Shown: one piece after another, positions 13,301 through 23,314 of the stretch
How the letters are laid out: each line of letters begins with the position of its first letter
How positions within the stretch are numbered: the stretch's first letter is position 1
From: Macrostomum lignano
Lineage: Eukaryota
Length of the DNA stretch: 64,000 nt
Direction: 5' to 3'
Assembly: GCA_002269645.1 (NCBI GenBank)
Contig: NIVC01001499.1
Span: forward strand, 62,001 to 126,000
Translations under genes and position numbers: made by a program
Notes under the pieces: generated by a model
What the model saw: only the letters and a program-made list of their open reading frames with translations
Told to the model about the DNA's origin: nothing
Databases searched by the model: none

Positions 13301-16300
13301 TCAGTGTCTATCTTGGTGTCCGTCTTAGTGTCTGTCTTGGTGTCTGTCTCAGTGTCTGTCTGTGTGTCTGTCTTAGTGTCTGTCTCAGTGTCTGTCTCAG
13401 TGTCTGTCTGTGTGTCTGTCTCAGTGTCTGTCTGTGTGTCTGTCTCAGTGTCTGTCTCAGTGTCTATCTGTGTCTGTCTTGGTGTCCGTCTTAGTGTCTG
13501 TCTCAGTGTCTGTCTTGGTGTCTGTCTTGGTGTCCGTCTTAGTGTCTGTTTCAGTGTCTGTCTCAGTGTCTGTCTTGGTGTCTGTCTTGGTGTCCGTCTT
13601 AGTGTCTGTTTCAGTGTCTGTCTCAGTGTCTATCTGTGTCTGTCTTGGTGTCCGTCTTAGTGTCTGTTTCAGTGTCTGTCTCAGTGTCTGTCTTGGTGTC
13701 CGTCTTAGTGTCTGTCTCATCGTCTGTCTTGGTGTCTGTCTGTGTCTGTCTGTGTCTGTCTGTGTCTGTCTGTGTCTGTCTCAGTGTCTGTCTTGGTGTC
13801 TGTCTGTGTCTGTCTCAGTGTCTGTCTTGGTGTCTATCTGTGTCTGTCTCAGTGTCTGTCTTGGTGTCTGTCTCAGTGTCTGTTTCAGTGGCTGTCTCAG
13901 TGTCTGTCCCAGTGTCGTCTTAGTGTCTGTCTCAGTGTCTGTCTTGGTGTCCGTCTTAGTGTCTGTCTCAGTGTCTGTCTGTCTGCCTGAGCACACTTCA
14001 ATCCCAATATGCGCGCTCACCCATTTCAGGCACGTGAAGATAATCCAGGTGCACAAGTTCACCATCATCCAGGTGGCCTGCCTCGCCCTACTCTGGGCCG
14101 TGAAGGTGATCAAGCAGGTGTCAATCCTGTTCCCCATCATGGTGCTGGCCATGTGCTTCATCCGCAAAGCTCTAGACTACGTGTTCACCCAGAATGAATT
14201 GAAATGGCTGGACGATATCATGCCGGAGCTGACTCTGAAGCCCAAGACCGCGTCAAGCAGAGCAGCATCTGACATTGGCATGACGGAGAAGCTCGGCAAA
14301 TCCGGTGACAGCTCGGCAAGCGGTTTGGAGAAAAAGTCTTCGGCCAATGTTGCTGGGTGAGCTGCTAACTGTAATGACTCAGGAGTCAGGCAGTGTTTGT
14401 GGCGTGCGAGAAAAAGCCTTAACCCTCCAAGTAGGGTGAGACGATATTTATATTTGGAAGCGATCTGATTGCAACGTGCACAATTGAGCCGCGTGCCTTA
14501 CGTACATAAGTTGAGTAGCGACATGTACGTGCTAATACAATGTTCAAGCTAGTACTGGCCAGAGTGGCATTACATTCCTCCTCGAGTGGATTAAAAGTAA
14601 CGGTGAAAACACAAAGGGAACCATAAAAAGTGACTAACAGTTCATGCATGTGCAGTCCATTTGAGAGACAGTCAATCAATCAAGTCAATCAGCTTCTGCG
14701 CAGGTCGGGCTCTTTGTAGTTCCTCTCCGGGTCCTTTGCTTGCCGGGGATGCGGCCGGGCAGCGATCGGCTCCGTGGGCTCAGGGGGGCCAGGCGGCTGG
14801 AGCGGCTGCCCTTCGGACTGCTTAGGCTGCTCGGACAGCCGCTTGACCTGCGTAGCGTGCCTGCGGCAGACGACCTCGTCGCGCTGCATGAGCAGGGAGT
14901 CGCCCTGGACCTCGGCCACGGTCCATGGCACTGGCTCGTAGAAGGCGTCGGTCTTCTGCCGGGATTGCAGACGCCTCAGGACGCGGTCGCCCGGACGGAT
15001 GGCGTGGTCTGCTGCCCTGGAGCGTTGGTCGGCGAGCCGCTTCATCTCCTCTTTGGCCTGGCGGTCGCGGTCGGCGATGGCCGCTCTTGTCGCGTCGATG
15101 GGCTGCGAGTGTTGGAGGCTCGGGATCACGTCGTTGATTTGCCTGCCAAATAGCAGACTAGCCGGTGCGACGCCTGTGGCGCAGTGTGGAGTGCGCCTGT
15201 ACGCTGCCAGGTATTCGTCCAAGGCCAGCGTCCAGTCCCGACCTTCGAGGACCGCCGCGCGAATAGCCTTGTTCAGCCCCTGGTTGCACCGCTCCGTTGC
15301 GCCGTTGGCCTGAGGGTAGAGAGGCGTGATTCGATGGTGCCGGGCGCCCTGGTCCGCCAGGAAGCTGCTGAACTCGGCCGATGCAAAGGGCGGGCCGTTG
15401 TCTGTAGTTACCTTTGTCGGCTGCCCGAAGATGCTGAACCACCGGCGCAGCACCTTGGTGACGGCGGAGGCGGTGGTGCTGGGCATGACCTCCACGAGCG
15501 GGAACCTGGAGAAGTGGTCCGTGCAGACGAGCAGCGACTTGCCGCTTACTGGTCCGAGGAAGTCCAGCCCCAGCTCGAGCCAGGGGCCCTCCGGTAGTTC
15601 GGTCGGCTTGAGTGGCGTGGATTTCGGCGCGGTCTCGCGGGTGCAGGCCTGGCAGCTGATGCAGGCTGCCACGTGCGCTTCTACGGATGCTCGCATGCCG
15701 GGCCACCAAACCTTCGGTTGTAGGCGGTCCAGCGTTTTTCTGACGCCCTGGTGGCCCTGGTGGGCCAGCTGCAGGCACCGGTACCGCAGAGCCGTCGGCA
15801 TGTACAGTTGGCTGCGGCACAGCAGCAGGCCGTCCAGCTCGGACAACTCGTGGGCCACGCCGTGCAGTCCCTGTAGGCGCGTGTCGCTCTTGTCCCACTG
15901 GTTCCCGCGGATGGCGTGCAGAGCTGCTTGGACAGTGGAATCTTGGTCGGAGGCGGCCTTGATGATGGTCAGGCTGATGGACACCGGGGTGGCCGCCCGC
16001 ACTGCCGTGGCCACGTAGATCGCATCCGCCTGCTCACCGACGTTGTTCGGCGGCATTGGCAGCGGCTGGCGGCTCAGGACGTCGGACGGATTGCCGGCTC
16101 CGGGTTGATAAACCACTTGGAAGACCAGGTCTTGCAGTCGCAGCGCCATGCGCTCAATGCGGGGCGGCGGCCGCGACCCGGGCTGAACAGGGATACCAGC
16201 GGCTTGTGGTCGGTGATTACCTTGAAGTTGCCGCCGCCGCTGAGGTAGTGATGAAACTTCAGGCCACCGTACTTCACCGCGAGCGCCTCCCGCTCCGTCT

Positions 16301-19300
16301 GGGAGTAGCGCTGCTCGGTCGGGCTCAGGCTGCGGCTCGCGTACGCCACCGGCCGCGTCGATCCGTCAGGTTGGACTTGGGCGAGGATGGCGCCGACGCC
16401 TGTGGGGCTGGCGTCCACGATTAGCTGGGTCGGAAGCTTGCTGTTGAAGAATGCCAGCGCCTCGCTGCTGGCGATCGTTTGCTTAATGTCCTTGAACGCG
16501 GCCTCCTGTTGCTCACCCCATGTCCACTCGGCGGCCTGTCGGGTCAGCTCTCGGAGTGGCCGAGCCCTGTCGGACAGGTTGCTGATGAAGCGCGCGACGA
16601 AGGTGACGAGGCCGAGGAACGAGCGGACCTCGGTCGCGTTGGTCGGCCGCTTGAAACTGTTGATGGCCGCCACTTTCTCGGTGCTGGGGTGAATGCCGAC
16701 TGCCGACAGCCGCATGGCGAGGAAATCGACCTCTCGCTGAGCGAAGCGGCACTTTTTGGGGTTCAGCGTGATGTTGCTGGCCTTCAGCCGAGCCAGGCAG
16801 TCTCGCAGGCGCTGGTTGTGCTCCTCAATGTTCTTCGCATACACCAGGATGTCGTCGTGCACCCAGCGGACGCCGGGCAGGCCGCTGAGGACGGAGGACA
16901 TCACCCGCTGGAGGATCTCGGAGGCGGATGTGTAGCCCATGCAGAGCCGGCGCAGCCGTAGGAGCCCGATTGGCGTGGAGAACGTCAGCAGATCCCTGGA
17001 CTCCTCGGCGACTTCAATTTGGTGGAACGCTTTGGCGACATCCAGCTCCGAAAAATACGTCGATCCGGCCATTTCGTCGGTTACCTCTTCGAATGTGGGG
17101 ATCGGCTGCTTCTCCGGGATGACGTACTTGTTCACCTCGCGGAGGTCCTGGGTGATGCGCACCTCTCCCTGCTCGGCCTTCGGGACCGCGACCATCCTGG
17201 AGCACCAGGCTGTTGGCCCATGCACCCGCTCGATGATTCCCAGGGCAAGCTGCTCTTCCAGCTCTTTGATGACGGCCGCCCTGAGGTGCACTGGCACTCG
17301 GGATGGCGGTTGGCAAACTGGGCTGGCATCTGATCTCAGCTTGATAGTGATGGTGACGCCCTTCACGCATCCAATGCCCTGAAAGCGGTCGCTGAAGTCG
17401 GCCAGGATGCTCTCAAGCTGTAGCTGCTTAGGCAAGTGCTGATCCTCGCATCTCGCTGGATTGGCCAGGCTGGCCACCACCGCCGAGTTCGTGCAGGCCT
17501 CTGGGCCGACTCTCAGCATACCGAGCTTCGTGCTGGACGCTCTGCCGAGGATTGGGGTGCAGCTGCTCCGGATGACAATGAAGTTCGCCTGCAGCTCGCG
17601 GTGGTTCGCCCTGACGGTGAGCGTCGTTTGACCGGCTGCCTCCAGCGGCTCGCTGGCGCCGAGCGCGAAGACTCTGGTGCTGGACAGCGCAAGTGGCGTG
17701 CCGCGGCGGCAAATTCTGCGGAACGTCGCCATGTCCAGTACGTTGCAGCTTGCTCCGCTGTCGATCAGTGTGCAGACCTGCTGACCGTTGATGCTGATGG
17801 GGAATTTGGCGCTATTGTCCTTGCCGCTGAGCGTGCAGAACACCTCGTTGACTGGCTGGTCTGCAAGCTGGTCTTGCTCGGGCTGTAGCGCGTTGATCTT
17901 CGAGCGGCTGAGGCAGGCCTTGGCCAGGTGGTTGAACTTGCCGCAGTTGGTGCACCGCTTGCCTTGCGCCCTGTTGCAGCTCCTGTGGCCCGACTCGCCG
18001 CATCGGATGCACTTCGCGGATGGCTGCGGCTGGCGCGACAGTTCCGGCGGCGGGTAGCGCTGGCGGCGCACCTGCGCTACTTCCTCAGAGGCTGCCGCTG
18101 TCCTGGACATGATGGCCGCCTGCTTTTCTGCTGCCTCGTGCGTCCTGGCCAGTTGGAGGGTGTCCGCCAGGTTGATGTTGGGGATGTTCAGCAGCCGCTT
18201 CCTCAGCGACTCGCTGCGGCAGCTGGCCACAATTTGGTCCCTGACGAGCGAATAACGTAGGCTCTCGAACTGGCAGGCTTCCGAGGCGCTCCAGAGTCTG
18301 CTGTGCCAGGCGTCTATCGACTCGCCTTCGTCCTGCACGCACTGGCGGAATTGGTAGCGGAGAAACACAATGTTGTCGCGACCTTGGAAATGCTTGGTGA
18401 ACAGAGCGATCAGCTGGTCGACCGTGGGTTCGACTGTAGGTTCGCCTTCTGTTGTGTCGGTCTCTGTTGTTATGATCTCGCTATACAGGTCGCTTACTTC
18501 TTTGCCTGCCGTGTATAGGAGGATCTGGCGTTTCTGTGTCTCGTTTGTGATGCCCGTGGCCGCCAGGTAGCGTAGAAGGTTGGATGACCACTCCTGCCAG
18601 CGCTTGCTTGTGGAGTGGGGGTCGTCTCGACGCTTGCGACGCCAATGTAATGACTCAGGAGTCAGGCAGTGTTTGTGGCGTGCGAGAAAAAGCCTTAACC
18701 CTCCAAGTAGGGTGAGACGATATTTATATTTGGAAGCGATCTGATTGCAACGTGCACAATTGAGCCGCGTGCCTTACGTACATAAGTTGAGTAGCGACAT
18801 GTACGTGCTAATACAATGTTCAAGCTAGTACTGGCCAGAGTGGCATTACACTAACTACCTGCAACCTCTTCTCTTCTTGACGAAAGCAACTTAGGATATT
18901 AGTGTGGAACGCCACACTAGCAAACTGTGCAAATTTTCACTGGAGACCGAGATTTCGAGATTTATCGGATTTCATGCAGCTTTGGGATGTTCGTTTACTA
19001 ACTTACGAGAAACGGTTGAGCCATAACATTTGGTCCTCTATAGTTTTAAGTTCAGATACTCAGAGACTCATTCTCCGTTATTGACTATTGGGTTGAGTCT
19101 CATTTTGTTTCTTTAACCCCAAGACTGCGGATGGCCTGCTCTGCAGGTCATGGTCTCATATCTATGGTCTGCGGCTCAATTTGCTGCTGATATGTGAAAA
19201 CATTTCTAATGAGTCTTAGTTTGCGGCTGTGGCCTGCAGAGCAGGCCATGAAAAAGTCGGTTGTTTTAAGGAACTTTTTTGTTCCTTTTAACATCTGATT

Positions 19301-21990
19301 TTTTCTATACTATGGCGCAACAGGGATACTAAACGAGTTATGAAGTGTGAATATATTTTCTCAACAGTCATTGGAACAGTGAACAAAAGTTCAAAGGCAT
19401 GGTGAAAAATTTACGAAAACAAGTAATACGAACAAGTTTAAAATGATAAGCGATTCATTCAACAACGACCAACAAACATCAATAACACCAAGTACGAGTA
19501 GCAGTCATAGGCATAACAGCAGGTGAGTCACAATTTAACAAATAGTTAATTAATTTTGATTGGCATGCCAATCTCCGAAGCAGGGCACAGCGCAAAGACC
19601 TGGATTTCCCTGGCAGTGATCGCAGCAATAGACAGTTTTCTTGACTCGGCCACTCTTGTAACACTGTCTGCAACGCTTGGCTGGCCGAGCCTGGGCACCT
19701 GTTGGCCGGAGGCGCTTCAGGAGATGCTGCTGCCTATTGGGTCCTGTGCCAGGCTGTGCTTGAATTTGCCGGCTCCGTGCAGGTCCAGTAGTCTGGATGA
19801 AGCCCTTGATGCTTAATTCCAGGAACTTCAGGAAGTCGTACGAGCCGCCACGGGACTGGTACACAACCCAACCGTTTCTGACAAGGACCAAGAAAAAGTG
19901 GGCCCCTAGCTTGGCAAACCACTTTTGTGTCCTTCTGTTTGGGCTATACGGCTGTAGGCCAGAGTCCAGCTTATCAACACCGCCCATAAAGCTATTGTAC
20001 GATGTTGCTGTTAGAGGCTTGAGTTCGACAACTTCCTGATTTCCTTGAATGGTGCGGTGAACATGTTGAATGGCGGCGGCATTTTTGGTGTCAATAAAAT
20101 ACACCGTCTTTGTACCAGATGCCTTTCTGACGACGTACTTCACAGCAAGTACACTGCCGCTTCGCATGAAGGCACAGCCTGGAGCGGGCATGGCCAGATC
20201 TCTCAGTTCAACGGGGACACCGCGGTTTGCACGCACTGTGCAGGTCAGCAGTGTGCCGTGATGCAGCAGGTAGTCTGCTAGGCGATGCGATCCGAACCAG
20301 CTGTCGCAAACGACATGGTAGCCAAGGTCCAGTACATATCGGCATGTCTCAACCAGCACCTTCTCGCTCATCGAAAGTCCTTCACATCCCAGATCTTGAC
20401 CAAACTTATCATTCTCGGGTCTGCTCGAATGCACAAGAAAGTTGCAAACATAACCTGTTTTTGCCTCGCACAAGCAATAAATTTTAATGCCATACCGCGC
20501 TTTCTTTGCTGGAATATATTGGCGGAACAGTACTCTTCCTCTGAACAGCACCAGTTCTTCGTCTACGCTTAGCTCCTTCTCTGGCATGTACACGTTCCGG
20601 CAGATCCGCGACACACAGTTGATGAAGGGCCTGGCCTTAGCCAGAGGATCAGCGGCGTCAAAGTTGGAGCAGTCATAGAAGCGTAGTAGACTGCTGATCT
20701 GCTGAAACCTGTCTCTTGGCAGACATGCTTGCTGCTGGAAGAATGGCGTAGAATAGAACTCGCTTTTAGACCAATAGTGGGTCACTTCCGGTTTTTTTAC
20801 TACTCCCATATAAAGGGACATTGCGACGAACTTTGAAATCTCATTTACAGTGACATCCTTCCAGCTGGAAAATCGCGATGGTAGCTGTTCATCCTGAAGA
20901 TCTTCGAACTCGCGCCACGCTCGAGCATTCGTCCAGTCGCACAGCTTCTGTAGCAATTCGGGTGTCAGAAACATTCGGCTGAAAGCTACTGGATCTTCGT
21001 CAGCGTTCTCGGGTTGCGGCAAATCCGGATTGACACCTGGCATGCCAAGGAACTCCGGGTCCTGGTTCGGCTTCTGATCTTGGCCAGGGTGGCATGCATG
21101 CCAAACATTGGTTGCACCATGGGCAGCGGCCAAGCCTTCATCTACCTCTTGCATTTCCATGCCTCCTTGTTCGGTTTCGTCCTCATCATCAGTGAAAAAA
21201 CTGTCGTCTCCTTCTTCAAACTCGGGATCAGTATCAGTATCAAAATGCTCCGCTTGAGCCATAATGACGATAAATAGTGTTAAAAAATTGAAAAGGACGT
21301 TAATAGAAACTGCTCTAGCTTAAAAAATGAGCCACAAGCTGTACAAATACAATCCTAAAGTTTCAAAGACTAAATACTCAGTAGGAGCTGCTACCGCAAA
21401 CTAAAGACATGTCAGCCAAAGATTAAAAAATGTTCATGGCCTGCAGGGCAGGCCAAGCCGCAAACTGTGTCTATGGCATAAACTCATCAACGCAGTCTAG
21501 GGGTTATAGTCTATGGCCACGTTTTTTATGAGCATCACTCGAGGCTAGATTGTTTGGCTATAGCGTGCAAACAAAGTCTTAATTGGCGGATTGGTCAAGT
21601 ATTTCTGCTTGTTTTATCATGTTTTAATTTATAGTGCTAAAATGAATACCTGCAGTGTAAAGAACTTTAAAAAACCCCAAAATTTACACTACTACCGAGT
21701 GCATAACGTCCTTCTAAAGGTCTTTCTAAAGTCTCGCAAATTTTTACGTCTAACTGCGTTTTAACAAAACAACTGCTCCACATGTTTTCGAACGACCTTT
21801 GAAAGCTTTTGTCTTAAAGAAAAAATATTTGGAAGACTTTTTTAGTTACTATATAATTGCAATTATTTTCCGCAGAACCCAGCCCAACGAATCCGAGGCC
21901 CTACTGTTGCCTGGTGCTCCCGAAGTCAACATCGTGGTTGAACCTCCGTCGCCAGCGCAGTCGCCAATACAGTCGAAAAAACTCTACTGA
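3537..21990 (+). CDS. SLC4: SLC4-family Na+-coupled bicarbonate transporter (NDCBE/NBCn/NDAE1-like), ~1226 aa. Exons: 3537-3813, 5943-6002, 6096-6158, 6250-6390, 6946-7089, 7535-7777, 8451-8833, 9394-9553, 9743-10195, 10788-10941, 11313-12266, 12908-13114, 14030-14356, 21876-21990
   Basis: All introns are GT-AG with consistent phases, and the exon sum is 3681 nt (divisible by 3). Family motifs: [107 protein letters not shown] (Asp as in Na+-dependent members, where AE1 has Glu), [15 protein letters not shown]. Acceptors of exons 2 and 4 have nearby alternatives (5949; 6247). The last exon assignment rests on phase match only. Confidence 0.93.
3845..5570. repeat. ~20-bp minisatellite (CGTGTCTGTCACTCTCAAT)n in SLC4 intron 1
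   Basis: Long tandem array. The overlapping [14 protein letters not shown] ORFs are repeat translations. Confidence 0.95.
5125..5206 (+). repeat. Interstitial telomere-type (TTAGGG)n tract, ~13 units with 2 variants
   Basis: GGGTTAGGGTTAGG... embedded within the 20-bp minisatellite. Confidence 0.95.
6420..6900. repeat. Degenerate ~27-bp intronic repeat (TCGGGTAGATACTCAGGTAGGTAG)
   Basis: Periodic units visible. ORF 6459..6818 is spurious. Confidence 0.8.
7120..7455. repeat. ~18-bp intronic repeat (GGGTGACTGTCAGGGA)
   Basis: Tandem units visible. Confidence 0.85.
7830..8425. repeat. 20-bp intronic minisatellite (CACTTATGGACACTCACCGA)n
   Basis: About 23 near-perfect units between SLC4 exons 6 and 7. 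Confidence 0.95.
10240..10620. repeat. (GATT)n microsatellite, degenerating 3'
   Basis: Direct observation. Confidence 0.9.
11020..11195 (+). mobile_element. tRNA(Met)-derived SINE in an SLC4 intron
   Basis: The head has an A-box (TAGCCTAGTGG), a CAT anticodon-like arm (GCGTCAGACTCATGACTGA) and a B-box (GGTTCGATTC), but no proper acceptor stem. It is followed by a body with CTCAGCTGTAAAATGGG, typical of conserved SINE central domains. Confidence 0.7.
12272..12830. repeat. GACA/CTGACA-rich compound microsatellite starting right after the exon 11 donor
   Basis: Direct observation. The overlapping VSVC ORFs are spurious. Confidence 0.9.
13140..13990. repeat. GTGTCTGTCT-rich compound micro/minisatellite in SLC4 intron 12
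   Basis: Direct observation. Confidence 0.9.
14370..18850 (-). mobile_element. Full-length Ty3/gypsy (Mag-like) LTR retrotransposon, 4481 bp, antisense in SLC4 intron 13
   Basis: LTRs at 14370-14574 and 18646-18850 (205 bp, TG...CA, identical by eye). TSD CTAAC at 14365-14369 and 18851-18855. A PBS-like TGGCGTCGCAAGCG follows the 5' LTR, a polypurine GAGGAGGAA precedes the 3' LTR, and a TATAAAT lies in the LTR (18722-18728, - strand). Confidence 0.97.
14689..18640 (-). CDS. gag-pol polyprotein: Gag with two CCHC-type knuckles, aspartic protease, RT, RNase H, integrase. One 1-nt frameshift at ~16177-16182 and no upstream ATG
   Basis: CIRCGESGH / [14 protein letters not shown]; [10 protein letters not shown]; WVHDDILV; [29 protein letters not shown]; HQGHQG..CISC; LDFLGP, TDNGPPF, NGATER. 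The reading frame stays open upstream of the track's GTG start, to the LTR. Confidence 0.93.
19117..21503 (-). mobile_element. piggyBac DNA transposon, 2387 bp, antisense in SLC4 intron 13
   Basis: The left end is TTAA|CCCCAAGACTGCG and the right end is CGCAGTCTAGGGG|TTAT (13-bp TIR, 1 mismatch). Internal inverted subterminal motifs AGTTTGCGGCT..TGGCCTGC..GCAGGCCATGAA occur at ~19220-19252 and ~21432-21465. Confidence 0.9.
19550..21262 (-). CDS. piggyBac transposase (PGBD4-like), 570 aa, uninterrupted
   Basis: Acidic N-terminus; SVDEEL, VCDSWF and MGGVDKLD give the DDD triad; ARYGIKIY; C-terminal Cys-rich domain CRQC..CDHC..LC..C. Confidence 0.93.
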   Translation of the reverse strand: MAQAEHFDTDTDPEFEEGDDSFFTDDEDETEQGGMEMQEVDEGLAAAHGATNVWHACHPGQDQKPNQDPEFLGMPGVNPDLPQPENADEDPVAFSRMFLTPELLQKLCDWTNARAWREFEDLQDEQLPSRFSSWKDVTVNEISKFVAMSLYMGVVKKPEVTHYWSKSEFYSTPFFQQQACLPRDRFQQISSLLRFYDCSNFDAADPLAKARPFINCVSRICRNVYMPEKELSVDEELVLFRGRVLFRQYIPAKKARYGIKIYCLCEAKTGYVCNFLVHSSRPENDKFGQDLGCEGLSMSEKVLVETCRYVLDLGYHVVCDSWFGSHRLADYLLHHGTLLTCTVRANRGVPVELRDLAMPAPGCAFMRSGSVLAVKYVVRKASGTKTVYFIDTKNAAAIQHVHRTIQGNQEVVELKPLTATSYNSFMGGVDKLDSGLQPYSPNRRTQKWFAKLGAHFFLVLVRNGWVVYQSRGGSYDFLKFLELSIKGFIQTTGPARSRQIQAQPGTGPNRQQHLLKRLRPTGAQARPAKRCRQCYKSGRVKKTVYCCDHCQGNPGLCAVPCFGDWHANQN

Positions 21991-23314
21991 TAATCGTTTA
22001 TTTATCGACAAGTTGGCTGACGAATAAATGATTAGTTTAGTTAGTTATTTGTTGATGATAACATTATGGCTACTATTGTACTATGTAGTTAAAAACTTGA
22101 TAGATTAATTCAATTTATGATTTTGATCTTTGAGCCTTGTTCTGAGAAAACGTAGCAAAATTAGAGATGATCAGCAATCAGAAGTTTCAGGGTTGATGTA
22201 TTATTTAGTTAGAGGTAGGTGGGTTGTGTGCACTCTGGCGCACTTTAAGCGACATTGTCACACAACCGGTGAGAGGCATTGCTGCCCATTCCACAGACTC
22301 CCCTGAGCAGGCACACAAGCGCGCGGATACGTACGCAGTCATACGCACAGGCACACTCTCAGACAGGAGTGCACAGCGGCCCTGACTTTATTTATCGTTA
22401 GGTATGTACACTTCACTGTGCCCTGGGGGTTGGCCATCAAGGGCGTTAATTGCACGAGCAGAGCCAAGCCGAGGGAATGTTCAAACTATAACAAAATTAC
22501 AAGGCTTGATTTATAATTATTTCATGATTAGCATAGAAAAATAATTATTGTAAACAACTTTTAATTTCATGCGCCATAGCTTATTCTATACTATTTGAAG
22601 TGCAAATCTAAAAAATTATTAGCTTTTTTCAAATAACTGGACTTTATATTGCAAAATAGTCAAAAACTTAACTTGCAATCGTATTTAAATAAACCGTAAC
22701 TATATTAACTCGATAAAACAAAACTTTTTGGAGCAGAAAGTTACAACTCAAAAAGCTCTAATTTACAATAGGTTGATATGTAGCCTAAAGACCACTTATT
22801 TTTGTTCCGATGTCTATATGAGGTTAACTTATCAATATTTTCCCTTCACCAGGTTCACCTGGTTACGTTTAGCATAAAATTTCAGTTTCGATTAGATATT
22901 CGAACTGCCTTGGTACTCACATTTGGTGTACTGCCAAGGACAAACGATATACTTCAGTGGGATATTTACCTAGCTTCCCAGACAACCAAATACGTCTGTC
23001 AACGTCGACTTCACGCTTCAATTTTATCGCACCAAACGACGTCGCAAAAAAATTGACGGGCGACCAAGTTTTTGGTCGCAAATTAATTTTTTGGCGACCA
23101 AATAAGCGACGAGGAGCCAGCAGTGACAGATCTACGATGCTTTCATCATGACTGGCTGTGACAATTTCTAACGAATCAGCTGTCAGCTCTCGGAGGCTAT
23201 CTTTAGCCAGCACATTGCACATGACTAGATAAGCAGCAAACGCTTTGTTGCAAGCCTGCAATTTCCAGTTAACAAACAGAGTTAAACCATTTTAAAGTAA
23301 TAAACTGCATAGAA

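Noticed and set aside
14740-18518. Many + strand and alternative-frame ORFs over the retrotransposon
   Set aside because: They are GC-rich shadow ORFs of gag-pol with no recognisable motifs.
22197-22493. Possible solo LTR (TG..CA, AATAAA on the - strand)
   Set aside because: There is no target-site duplication and the terminal repeats are weak. It cannot be supported without a search.
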